From: Pecten maximus
Lineage: Eukaryota
Assembly (NCBI RefSeq): GCF_902652985.1
Contig: NC_047019.1
Location: 36,146,001 to 36,210,000, forward strand
Direction of reading: 5' to 3'
DNA: 64,000 bases
The position numbers were made by a program, and so were the translations under genes. The first letter of the stretch is position 1; the number at the start of each line of letters is the position of its first letter. The notes beneath the pieces were generated by a model. The model worked only from the letters and a program-made list of their open reading frames with translations. It was not told the DNA's origin and ran no database searches. Positions 30,867 to 44,000 of the stretch are shown here, piece by piece.

Positions 30867-32010
30867 TTAGGACATCTTTGTCGCCCTAATTCCTCAATTA
30901 ATCGTGAGGACATTTTTGTGGCCATTGTTCCTCACTAATTTGCGAGGAAACTTTCTATCCACCATTCCTCTATAAGTTAGAACATCTTTGTAGCCATCAT
31001 TCCTCAATAAATTGCAAGGACACTTTTGTTGCCATAATTCCTCAATAAATTGCAAGGACACTTCGTGGCCATCATTCCTCATTAAATTGCAAGGAAGTTT
31101 TTGTTGTCTACCATTTCTCAATAAGTTAGGACATCTTTGTGACCGCCATTCCTCAATACTTTGTGAGGACATCTTTATTGCCGTCATTTCTCAATAACTT
31201 TCGACAACAACGTTGTGGCCATCATTCCTCATTAAGATGGGACATCTTTGTGGCCACCACCCAACAATAAATTGTGAGGATATATTTGTGGCCACAACCC
31301 ATCAATAAATTGTGAGGATATATTTGTGGCCACCACCCATCAATAAATTGTGAGGACCTCTTTGTGGCCACCACCCATCAATAAATTGTGAGGACCTCTT
31401 TGTGGCCACCACCCATCAATAAATTGTGAGGACCTCTTTGTGGCCACCACCCATCAATAAATTGTGAGGATATATTTGTGGCCACCACCCATCAATAAAT
31501 TGTGAGGACCCCTTTGTGGCCACCACCCATCAATAAATTGTGAGGATATATTTGTGGCCACCACCCATCAATAAATTGTGAGGACCTCTTTGTGGCCACC
31601 ACCCATCAATAAATTGTGAGGACCTCTTTGTGGCCACCACCCATCAATAAATTGTGCGGATATATTTGTGGCCACCACCCATCAATAAACTGTGAGGATA
31701 TATTTGTGGCCCCCACCCATCAATACATTGTGAGGATATATTTGTGGCCACCACCCATCAATAAATTGTTAGGATATATTTGTGGTCACCACCCATCAAT
31801 AAATTGTGAGGACCTCTTTGTGGCCACTATCCATCAATAAATTGTGAGGACCTCTTTGTGGCCATCAATCCTCTATACGATCGAAAAACATCTTTGTGTA
31901 GTCCTTTTTAAGTAAGGAGGACATTTTTGTGGCCATCTTTCCTTTATAAATATGAGGACATCCCTCAATAAATTGTAAGGACATCTTTGTGGCCACCATT
32001 CCTTTATAAG
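30867..32010. repeat. 38-bp tandem repeat with a homogeneous core (~31240-31865) and degenerate flanks
   Basis: Unit GTGGCCACCACCCATCAATAAATTGTGAGGACCTCTTT. Confidence 0.92.
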
Positions 32011-32017
32011 ATGTTAA

Positions 32018-33276
32018 CACCTGTCCTGTAGAAGTTGTTAGACATCGTTGTGGCCACCTGTCCTATAGAAGTTGTTAGACATCGTTGTGGCCACCTGTCC
32101 TATAGAAGTTGTTAGACATCGTTTTGGCCACCCGTTCTATAGAAGTTGTTAGACATCGTTGTGGCCACCTGTCCTATAGAAGTTGTTAGACATCGTTGTG
32201 GCCACCCGTCCTATAGAAGTTGTAAGACATCGTTGTGGCCACCCGTCCTATAGAAGTTGTAAGACATCGTTGTTGACACCTGTCCTATAGAAGTTGTAAG
32301 ACATCGTTGTTGACACCTGTCCTATAGAAGTTGTTAGACATCGTTGTGGCCACCCGTCCTATAGAAGTTGTTAGACATCGTTGTTGACACCTGTCCTATA
32401 GAAGTTGTTAGACATCGTTGTGGCCACCTGTCCTATAGAAGTTGTTAGACATCTTTGTTGACACCTGTCCTATAGAAGTTGTTAGACATCGTTGTTGACA
32501 CCTGTCCTATATAAGTTGTTAGACATCGTTGTTGACACCTGTCCTATGGAAGTTGTTAGACATCGTTGTTGACACCTGTCCTATAGAAGTTGTTAGACAT
32601 CGTTGTTGACACCTGTCCTATAGAAGTTGTTAGACATCGTTGTTGACACCTGTCCTATAGAAGTTGTAAGACATCGTTGTTGACACCTGTCCTATATAAG
32701 TTGTTAGACATCGTTGTTGACACCTGTCCTATAGAAGTTGTTAGACATCGTTGTGGCCACCTGTCCTATAGAAGTTGTTAGACATCTTTGTTGACACCTG
32801 TCCTATAGAAGTTGTTAGACATCGTTGTTGACACCTGTCCTATATAAGTTGTTAGACATCGTTGTTGACACCTGTCCTATAGAAGTTGTTAGACATCGTT
32901 GTTGACACCTGTCCTATAGAAGTTGTTAGACATCGTTGTTGACACCTGTCCTATAGAAGTTGTTAGACATCGTTGTTGACACCTGTCCTATAGAAGTTGT
33001 AAGACATCGTTGTTGACACCTGTCCTATATAAGTTGTTAGACATCGTTGTTGACACCTGTCCTATAGAAGTTGATAGACATCTTTGTTGCCACCTGTCCT
33101 ATAGAAGTTGTTAGACATCGTTGTTGACACCTGTCCTATAGAAGTTTTTAGACATCGTTGTTGACACCTGTCCTGTATTAGTTTTTAGACATCGTTGTTG
33201 ACACCTGTCCTGTATTAGTTTTTAGACATCGTTGTTGACACCTGTCCTATAGAAGTTGTTAGACATCGTTGTTGAC
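32018..33276. repeat. 37-bp tandem repeat, ~34 copies
   Basis: Unit ACCTGTCCTATAGAAGTTGTTAGACATCGTTGTTGAC. Confidence 0.95.
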
Positions 33277-34539
33277 TTGCTACAGTAAATGGCAGGAGAT
33301 GTGTCGGGACATTTCTACATCACAGTATTTCTGTTTGATACTGTTAAACCCAGCGTGTTCAAAACGGTAAAATAATGTGACTGCTGTTTATAATAGTTAT
33401 ACCTGGTACAGGGTAAGGTCACACAATCATACTTCCATAAAGAGTGACTCTCAAGGTGTAACACATACAAAGTCTATAAGTAAATGTGACATTAAAATAT
33501 AAAATATTGTCAAGGAATATTACTTGTTGTCTATATGGTATTTCACTGGTAGAAAATGGAACGATTACAAGCATCAGATATACCTAAGGTTAAATATGTT
33601 GTTATGGTATAGCTCTGTTACCAATAGTGCTGAGGACATTTTCTACCATTTTATTCAGATAGTGTATCACCCGAGTCGAGGGATGCATGGTCATTTTGAA
33701 CAGGTTCCCAAATAGCAATGGATTTCTCGTATTTCTTGTTCCTAAACTGGGCCAGACTAAATGTTGGTTGTTAAGTTATACATAGGCTTACAATTCCCAT
33801 ATCATATATCCTTTCTGACGGCAACCATAGAGGGGATAATCTTATTCAGACCGAGACACTTCACAAATGTCTCTTGTATGGCTACGTCATTGCAGCTAGG
33901 GCAGCCTGGGACGCCACACTAATTCACCACAACTTCATTCTGCCACTGTGCTGGGTGACTTTAGCCACGCCTTAATTAATGCATATCTACTTATTGACTA
34001 GCCAAGTTTGGATCGCTGCATGATATTCATGCGGCGGTTTCAGCGGTCCTGTGGAAAAATATTCTGAGATTAATATTTTTTATCAGAACTATGAACTAGG
34101 ACAGTGAGCTGCGTAAAATGGAATGATTACAAGAAGTAAGGCGGGGATGTCTACTTCTTACTGCATTGTACCGACATGCGCTGATTTGCCATCTGATTAG
34201 ACTCCTTACATACTTATTGCATTGTTGTACATCATAATTTTAGAAAGAGATGCATACTTCAACTGGCAAGGAGCACTGTCTTGGTAGTTTCATCATCCCA
34301 GCGTCCACGCAGTCAGTGACAAACTCTAATATTCCATATTGGATAGATCCTATCAATATCCACACCAGGAATACACACCTGGGAATTCAGCGGAATGCTG
34401 CTACCGACACTGTTGATTCCGATATACAGAATACCACTGTTGATTCCAATATACAGAATACCATGCGTGTAATGTACAGTTCTCTAAAGCCAATTCGATG
34501 ACAACTATACCTAACATCCAGATGGCGACAACAAGGTCT

Positions 34540-35760
34540 CATAAACATGCGTCATTATTGTGTACATGCTTTCGAGAGGAAGATCAACAGGGACTAGCTT
34601 TCGGGAAACTCTGGATGAGCTTGAAGAGATCATTAATAAATTCCAGTTGTAACTTAACACCCAACAACTTTTAGTGTGATCCAGTTTGAGACATAATGAA
34701 TGCGAGGTAATCAATGCTATTCGATAACAAGTTCAATATAACGAAAGATACACGGATTGTGCATCCTCCGACTCGGATGATGTGAATAATTGTATTTCGT
34801 TGGCATCTGCCTTTTCTCTCCATTTCTTAGATATTAGTCCCATGCTATTTTCCTTTGCGGAGACATGAAGATGCCTCCTTACAATTATGCAATTCAGCCA
34901 GAATATGGAACTGAAAACGTTTCAAGGGGGATGATCAACATTTTCCTGTGCTAATGATAGAGATGTAGCTGAAATTGATTACATTGTACTCAACCAGAGA
35001 GCAAAATAGCTTTTTAGAGCCCCGATAATGAAACCTCAAAAAAACCTCGGACCACATTTCAGGTGTCATTAAGGTTAACCTTTAATATCAACAAGATTGA
35101 GAAAGTTAAAAAAAAATGAAATCTTAAAATCAAACTGGAACAAGTGTTATCATACCTTAAAGATCCTATATCAGTGAGATAACTACAGTAGACGTCAAAT
35201 GAATTTTAATCGATCAGGGCAATTACCACCTCAACACCAAACTTGCTACTGCAAAGACTGAAAGAGTACATTGGGGTACAAACCTACCATACGGAGGGAA
35301 AACATATGTATCAACATCTGTGGAGACGTGAAGTAGCTGGCAAACCACACCATCTTAACAACAAGCTCTACTGTGATAGGATAAAAGCAAAACGTTACCT
35401 CAACGGAATCCTTCCATACAGATACCTACCATGGAATCTGCTGGATCCAGGCAAGTCGACTCAACGGAAAACCTTGGCATCTGGACAAAGAATCCTAGAA
35501 GTAGGAGAAACATCTTTAAACCCCAGAAGGAGAAAAAAACCCACTGATGGAATAGTCACTTACCTTGCAATTCCGTCAACAGAGAACATATTTGACAAAG
35601 AGCACATACACAATGTAGACATGCAGACATAAGATAAACAAAATATTCTCAGATTGTACCTGCATCAGAAAAACTACTTACAGCAATCTCGAAGCTAATC
35701 AAGGTGGCCAAAATGGGTTTAACAAGTGAGAATTGAAAGACAATAAAGTTGGCTGTTCCA
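34540..35760 (+). mobile_element. Degraded non-LTR retrotransposon (LINE) ORF2 remnant
   Basis: Frame at ~34548 reads CVIIVYMLSRGRSTGTSFRETLDELEEIINKF (APE endonuclease-like), and ~35320 reads WRREVAGKP..NKLYCDRIKAKRYL (linker-like). Stops and frameshifts are present. Confidence 0.5.
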
Positions 35761-36254
35761 TCTATCCTTGTTTAAAGAAGGATTGTCCCCAATCTACACA
35801 AAAGTTTAAATAGTTTACCTTCACTTTTTTTTTAAATTCATCGAAATAGCTACTTTCTCTTTCGCTTTGATATGGAAAAACCTGTGTTTACAAAATCGTC
35901 CATTGTGAACCCATCGACATACCTGGGGTAGAGGATATACGTAATTGTCAAATAACGGAATAACAACATAGGTAAGTAACCGTATTATTGGCATTATTTA
36001 CAATAAAGAAATAGTAGAGTGTTACTGACGTGAACCCATACATAATTTTCTTCAGCTTTTTGTTGAGGGAGGTGTACGTGTATTTTCGTTGTTATGGAAA
36101 TATCTCCAAGATTTACATAGCTGAAAAATGACCGACGTATGATAATCATGTAGATTTCTTCAGATATTTTAGACGATCCGTTAACATTTACCTAACTGTA
36201 AGTCACCCTGAAGTGGTGATTGCAAACTGATCGATTTACCTGTACACGTACTCA

Positions 36255-36301
36255 CTGTCGTGTTCCTGTTTCAAGATGGCTGACCAAGAGTATCTCAGAA
36301 G
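36255..36301 (+). promoter_or_regulatory. Probable first exon/promoter-proximal region of the TRIM gene
   Basis: TTCCTG and YY1-like CAAGATGGC at ~36272, followed by the donor AAG|GTAGTA at 36301/36302. Confidence 0.4.
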
Positions 36302-36437
36302 GTAGTATTTTAGCTACAAGTCATATATTTTTAGTACTCTCTGACCTGGACAAATACCAAATCTAACCCGAAATGTATTATTACAGTATTTGTTTGATAC
36401 TGTTTAGTGAGTATACTAGGTGTTCAATGTAAGAACC

Positions 36438-36900
36438 CTATCAGTCGGAATTACACCACCTATCGTGAATCTATCAGTCGGAATTACACCACCTATCGTG
36501 AATCCATCAGTCGGAATTACACCACCTATCGTGAATCCATCAGTCGGAATTACACCACCTATCGTGAATCTATCAGTCGGAATTACACCACCTATCGTGA
36601 ATCTATCAGTCGGAATTACACCACCTATCGTGAATCTATCAGTCGGAATTACACCACCTATCGTGAATCCATCAGTCGGAATTACACCACCTATCGTGAA
36701 TCCATCAGTCGGAATTACACCACCTATCGTGAATCCATCAGTCGGAATTACACCACCTATCGTGAATCCATCAGTCGGAATTACACCACCTATCGTGAAT
36801 CTATCAGTCGGAATTACACCACCTATCGTGAATCCATCAGTCGGAATTACACCACCTATCGTGAATCTATCAGTCGGAATTACACCACCTATCGTGAATC
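36438..36900. repeat. 33-bp minisatellite, 14 copies
   Basis: Unit TCAGTCGGAATTACACCACCTATCGTGAATC(T/C)A. Confidence 0.97.
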
Positions 36901-37555
36901 AGTCGCTGAAGAGTTGAATTCGGCATCGAGGCAGGATTCGTCGGGCGTTTTTGCTAATTAGATTATCTGGTGGTCAGGCGATAGAGTGGTATTTGCAAAA
37001 ATAAAAAGGGGGGAGGGGGAGGAACACATTTTGTTTATGATATTGATTGGCGTTCAGTAATTGTTGCAATTTAGACACAAAATGTTATTGATTGAATCTA
37101 AAACGTTATGCACTTCAGATGTACATAGATTCTATAATTGTGTGACATATAGACGATCTGAAACCGAAATAAGTGCATTTAAGATACAATAGACTTTCTG
37201 GCTTTCGGCATTTTCAAATGTCCACTTAATGTTGAGCGAGGAAGGAATTGCCATTGCAGTCATTATTTTGAACAACCCCGTAATGAAGATGATTCACCCT
37301 TTAGAAGTAGTCTGTACCATTTTCTGTCAAAACTGCTACAAATACATGTTAAGACCAGACCATAACTCAAACGAAATTGTTTTCCGCAGTTTTTGTAAAT
37401 ATTATAGGGCTATGAACACAGATGTGACAGGGAAAGGTTTCCCACAATGAATATCAACATAAAACAATTCTATATTACCAAAAACTCCCGGTAAATCCCG
37501 CCGGGATGCCAAGTTCACCAGTTCCTCCTACTTCATAAATTCGAGCGTTTCTGAG

Positions 37556-40500
37556 TTAGATTTAGTGCTTGTCTATATCAGAGTGTTATACAAGCCTAGT
37601 TCTTGTCTCTGTCAGAGTGTAATACAAGAATAGTGCTTGTCTAGGTCAGAGTGTAATACAACCCTAGTGCTTGTCTCCGTCAGAGTGTAATACAAGCCTA
37701 GTGCTTATCTAGGTCAGAGTGTAATACAAGCCTAGTGCTTGTCTAGGTCAGAGTGTAATACAACCCTAGTGCTTGTCTCTGTCAGAGTGTAATACAAGTC
37801 TAGTGCTTGTCTAGGTCAGAGTGTAATACAAGCCTAGTGCTTGTCTCCGTCAGAGTGTAATACAACCCTAGTGTTTGTCTAGGTCAGAGTGTAACACAAG
37901 TCTAGTGCTTGTCTAGGTCAGAGTGTAATACAAGCCTAGTGCTTGTCTCTGTCAGAGTGTAATGCAAGTCTAGTGCTTGTCTAGGTCAGAGTGTAATACA
38001 AGTCTAGTGCTTGTCTAGGTCAGAGTGTAATACAAGCATAGTGCTTGTCTCTGTCAGAGTATAATGCAAGTCTAGTGCTTGTCTAGGTCAGAGTGCAATA
38101 CAAGTCTAGTGCTTGTCTAGGTCAGAGTGTAATACAAGCCTAGTGCTTGTCTAGGTCAGAGTGCAATACAAGTCTAGTGCTTGTCTAGGTCAGAGTGTAA
38201 TACAAGCCTAATGCTTGTCTAGGTCAGAGTGTAATACAACCCTAGTGCTTGTCTCGGTCAGAGTGTAATACAAGTCTAGTGCTTGTCTCTGTCAGAGTAT
38301 AATGCAAGTCTTGTGCTTGTCTCTGTCAGAGTGTAATACAAGCCTAGTGCTTGTCTCTGTCAGAGTGTAATGCAAGTCTAGTGCTTGTCTAGGTCAGAGT
38401 GTAATACAAGTCTAGTGCTTGTCTAGGTCAGAGTGTAATACAAGCCTAGTGCTTGTCTAGGTCAGAGTGTAATACAAGCCTAGCTAATGCTTGTCTAGGT
38501 CAGAGTGTAATACAAGTCTAGTGCTTGTCTAGGTCAGAGTGTAATACAAGCCTAGTGCTTGTCTCTGTCAGAGTATAATGCAAGTCTAGTGCTTGTCTCG
38601 GTCAGAGTGTAATACAAGCCTAGTGCTTGTCTAGGTCAGAGTGTAATACAAGTCTAGTGCTTGTCTAGGTCAGAGTGTAATACAAGTCTAGTGCTTGTCT
38701 AGGTCAGAGTGTAATACAAGTCTAGTGCTTGTCTCCGTCAGAGTGTAATACAAGCCTAGTGCTTGTCTCCGTCAGAGTGTAATACAAGCCTAGTGCTTGT
38801 CTCCGTAAGAGTGTAATACAAGCCTAGTGCTTGTCTAGGTCAGAGTGTAATACAAGTCTAGTGCTTGTCTAGGTCAGAGTGTAATACAAGCCTAGTGCTT
38901 GTCTAGGTCAGAGTGTAATACAACCCTAGTGCTTGTCTCCGTCAGAGTGTAATACAAGCCTAGTGCTTGTCTAGGTCAGAGTGTAATACAAGCCTAGTGC
39001 TTGTCTAGGTCAGAGTGTAATGCAAGTCTAGTGCTTGTCTAGGTCAGAGTGTAATACAAGTCTAGTGCTTGTCTCCGTCAGAGTGTAATACAACCCTAGT
39101 GCTTGTCTCCGTCAGAGTGTAATATAAGCCTAGTGCTTGTCTAGATCAGAGTGTAATACAAGCCTAGCTAATGCTTGTCTAGGTCAGAGTGTAATGCAAG
39201 TCTAATGCTTGTCTCGGTCAGAGTGTAATACAAGCCTAGTGCTTGTCTAGGTCAGAGTGTAATACAAGTCTAGTGCTTGTCTAGGTCAGAGTGTAATACA
39301 AGTCTAGTGCTTGTCTCGGTCAGAGTGTAATACAAGTCTAGTGCTTATCTCCGTCAGAGTGTAATATAAGCCTAGTGCTTATCTCCGTCAGAGTCTAATA
39401 CAAGCCTAGTGCTTGTCTCTGTCAGAGTGTAATATAAGCCTACTGCTTATCTCCGTCAGAGTGTAATACAAGCCTACTGCTTATCTCCGTCAGAGTGTAA
39501 TACAAGCCTAGTGCTTGTCTAGGCCAGAGTGTAATACAAGTCTAATGCTTGTCTCGGTCAGAGTGTAATACAAGTCTAGTGCTTATCTCCGTCAGAGTGT
39601 AATACAAGCCTACTGCTTATCTCCGTCAGAGTGTAATACAAGCCTAGTGCTTGTCTAGGTCAGAGTGTAATACAACCCTACTGCTTATCTCCGTCAGAGT
39701 GTAATACAAGTCTACTGCTTATCTCCGTCAGAGTGTAATATAAGCCTAGTGCTTATCTCCGTCAGAGTCTAATACAAGCCTAGTGCTTGTCTCTGTCAGA
39801 GTGTAATATAAGCCTACTGCTTATCTCCGTCAGAGTGTAATATAAGCCTAGTGCTTATCTCCGTCAGAGTCTAATACAAGCCTAGTGCTTGTCTCTGTCA
39901 GAGTGTAATACAAGCCTAGTGCTTGTCTAGGCCAGAGTGTAATACAAGCCTAGTGCTTATCTCCGTCAGAGTGTAATATAAGCCTAGTGCTTATCTCCGT
40001 CAGAGTGTAATATAAGCCTACTGCTTATCTCCGTCAGAGTGTAATACAAGCCTAGTGCTTGTCTCCGTCAGAGTGTAATACAAGCCTACTGCTTATCTCC
40101 GTCAGAGTGTAATATAAGCCTACTGCTTATCTCCGTCAGAGTGTAATACAAGTCTAGTGCTTATCTCCGTCAGAGTGTAATATAAGCCTACTGCTTATCT
40201 CCGTCAGAGTGTAATACAAGCCTACTGCTTATCTCCTTCAGAGTGTAATATAAGCCTACTGCTTATCTCCGTCAGAGTGTAATACAAGCCTAGTGCTTAT
40301 CTCTGTCAGAGTGTAATACAAGCCTGCTGCTTATCTCCGTCAGAGTGTAATACAACCCTAGTGCTTGTCTAGGTCAGAGTGTAATACAAGTCTAGTGCTT
40401 ATCTCCGTCAGAGTGTAATACAAGCCTACTGCTTATCTCTGTCAGAGTGTAATACAACCCTAGTGCTTGTCTCCGTCAGAGTGTAATATAAGCCTAGTGC

Positions 40501-40667
40501 TTGTCTAGGTCAGAGTGTAATATAAGCCTACTGCTTATCTCCGTCAGAGTGTAATACAAGCCTACTGCTTATCTCCGTCAGAGTGTAATATAAGCCTACT
40601 GCTTATCTCCGTCAGAGTGTAATATAAGCCTAGTGCTTATCTCCGTCAGAGTGTAATATAAGCCTAA
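37556..40667. repeat. 34-bp tandem repeat, ~90 copies
   Basis: Unit GTCAGAGTGTAATACAAGCCTAGTGCTTGTCTAG and variants. Confidence 0.97.
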
Positions 40668-41032
40668 CTTCTGTGATACTCGTGGATCAAGCTTCATCAA
40701 CGTTCACCGACGTAAAATTGTCCATATGAAAGCATTACAAGGAACTTTCCTTTCGTTCTGTAATGCTTTCCTATGGACAATTTTAAGATAAGGAATTTCC
40801 TTAAGATTATAAAACAAGAGTAGTGGCGAGTACGTGTGTGGGGTTTATGGTGAAATGAGGTACAGTTCACTTTATCTGTGGTGTATAGGTGTGTGGGGGG
40901 TTTACGGTGAAATGAGGTACAGTTCACTTTAGCTTGTTATAATACATGTAGTCACATTTGTAATAAAATCGCCCAAAAATGTATTAACCATACTATTTCA
41001 TGTAAACATATTTTCAGAACTGAATTTTAGCC

Positions 41033-44000
41033 ATGGCATGTTCCAAAGACCAGTTATTGACAAGCCGGCTGGGTTTAGAAGAGGAACTGTCCTGTACCAT
41101 CTGTCTGGATTTGTACGATGATCCTGTATCCCTCCCATGTCAACACAATTTCTGTCGTAAATGTATACATGCACACTTACAGCAGAAGTCGGATGTTCTC
41201 GTGCATGTCCTTGGAGGTCAGCCTAGACGATTCCAGTGTCCAAATTGTCGGGAATCTACCGAGCTCACGGATGCAGGCATTAAAATTTTGCCAAAGAATT
41301 TCGCTTTACAGAACATCATTTCAAAACTTCAGGCAGTGAAATCAGAAAATGATGAGGAAGATGTAAGAGAAATTAACTGCTGCCATCACAACAAACCTCT
41401 GATGGTGTACTGCAATACATGTGAGGAGGCCATGTGTATTGATTGCATTCCAACACGGAGTCATGAAAACCACACCATTGTCCATTTTAATGACAAAATG
41501 AAGATGTACCAGGTATGACCTTCAGTAGACGATGTATTCCAATTAATTTATTGTTAAAAGGAGGTTTCATATTTGTTCATGCATAGACGACAGTGAAGAA
41601 ACCCAACTTGTACTTTTTCTGTTCTGTCTGAGAGTTTTCCTAGAAGAATTACATTTAAATATACAGTCCTTTTGTCTCTTTGTCCCGCTAATAAAATAAC
41701 TCTTCATGTACAACGTCTAGTCTTAGCAGTCACTAGGAAGCGACAACTTAAACAGTAACTTACACATTTGCAGGAAGAAGTGGAGCAGTCAATTTTGCCT
41801 AACGTTATCAAGTTGCAAGAATCTTTCAAAGGCATAAAGGAAGAGCTCGACAGTAGTCACGAAAAAAACAAGGTATGTTATCCTCTTTATGTAACAAGTT
41901 GTATCAATTGAAATAACCGGTTTATTTAATGCGGAAGTAGCATAGGGTATCGAATGTTGGTGATACATATAAGCTAGGCAACGAGTGTATTTTGCTTTCA
42001 ATGAAAACTTGAGTGACGTGACTCGCCTCATTAACTAATAATGAGTAAATCATAATATATTTAAGAATTTTTAACATTATCTTATCTCGTCAAAACAGTT
42101 TACTATTTTTCGAATTGACAGTGTCACAAATATTTTACTTAATTGCTTGCAGATCTTTACTGGAACGAAAAACATATCTATTTAGATAGAGTAAACTGCA
42201 TCTTCAAAGATTTTATGAGAATGTTTGTTATTTTCGAACAGAACAATTAAACGATGCATTCCAGAAAATACATACGCCAATTCACTAGGCTCGTCAGCGT
42301 GATTCCTACTCACTTTGTCTTTTCAGGAAATGCTTCAGGTCAATTGGAAAGGAGTTGCTGACAGTTTTCAGGAACTTAGATCAGCTGTGAACCAGAAAGA
42401 ATCAGAGTTGATGTTTTCATTTGAGTCGAAGAAACAGGAAATGGAATCCCATTATAAAAGTCAAACTGACAGAATGGTTGTCCAGTTGGACACTCTGGGA
42501 AACCTCATCACAAAATTTTCAACCATGACATTCAATGATCATGCAAAAATTACTGAGGTACGTTTTTTGTTGTTTCATTCTTACAGTAAGGAATAATATA
42601 TACTAAAATATACCTGATAGAGTCAAGTGATTGTGTGCATTCCTATATAGCCCGAGTTTCCTCTGGCCCTGACGCCATGTCTGGTGTAGACGAAACTCGG
42701 GCTAATTCCTATAGTGACTTAGTTATCTTTATCCTTATTTGAAATAATATCAACAAGGCTGATGCTCTCAAACTTGGTGAAAAAATAATACTTTTATTTC
42801 TACATTTGTCAATACGAATTGTAACCATAATTTTTTTTTTTTTAAATCCATAGCCATAACGGTTGTGGAATGTTTCTTTGATGAGTAATGATTTCAGGAA
42901 GACTTACGTAAGTTATTTTTCCTACGGTAGCTGATATTATGTACCTAATGTAACCGTAATAATATTACAAAACCCTTTGATTCCACAGAGACTTTGTTCC
43001 CAAAGTTCTCAGAAATATACAATACATTTACTTTGTATTTCTGAAGAAACAAAAATGAAAACGAATGTCATTTGGAGAAGCGATGGTGATGAGTCTCAAT
43101 TAGCAAACACGTTCCTTGGTAAAACTGATAACGTACAATAATTCTATTTCGTACTTATGTAATCAGCATCTTTTCTTTTAACAGGAAATGAAATTGGACA
43201 AAGAAAGGTAATTATAAAATAGCTGGATCGACCATGTCGGTTATAGGTGACAAAAAAACTAAAATCAAGATGAGAATTCAAGATTTAAATAGAATATCAT
43301 ATCGATAACTATTTAACTCTAATTTTAAAAAGGATTATAAAATACATTTTGTAATTGCAATATGATTATCTTCTCATGCTTCTTAGGAATCGGGGAAAGG
43401 TGTCAATTATTTCAAGCACATGTGAATATAAAAAATGTTGTTTTGCATGTTGCTGTGAAATGTTAACAGTAAAGACAAGCTATCTTCCTGGTGTGTGTGA
43501 AACAGTAGGAAAGGTTTGTAACGGCAACATAAATAGGACAGGTTTGTAACGGTAACATAGTTCCACCGTGTTGTTCCTGTTACAGATAGAACAGGTTTGT
43601 AACGGTAACATAGTTCTACTGTGTTGTTCCTGTTACAGATAGGAAAGGTTTGTAACGGTAACATAGTTCCACTGTGTTGTTCCAGTTACAGATACGACAG
43701 ATTTGTAACGGCAACATAGTTCCACTGTGTTGTTCCTGTTACAGATAGAACAGGTTTGTAACGGTAGCAAAGTTCCACTGTGTTGTTCCAGTTACAGATA
43801 CGACAGATTTGTAACGGCAACATAGTTCCACTGTGTTGTTCCTGTTACAGATAGGAAAGGTTTGTAACGGCAACATAAATAGGACAGGTTTGTAACGGTA
43901 ACATAGTTCCACTGTGTTGTTCCAGTTACAGATACGACAGATTTGTAACGGCAACATAATTTCACTGTGTTGTTCCTGTTACAGATAGGACAGGTTTGTA

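Noticed and set aside
33700-34050. GC-richer, coding-looking segment
   Set aside because: The minus-strand frames I translated contain stops and no recognisable motif; probably an old TE fragment.
36407-36961. 184-aa and 165-aa repetitive ORFs
   Set aside because: They are a by-product of a 33-bp stop-free repeat, have non-ATG starts and show no splice support.
30867-40667. 33-38 bp repeats as CRISPR arrays
   Set aside because: The units are head-to-tail with no unique spacers, there are no cas genes, and the context is eukaryotic.
43560-43700. Iron-responsive element (CAGUGG on the minus strand of the 53-mer)
   Set aside because: There is no 5-bp stem closing the hexaloop and no bulged C.
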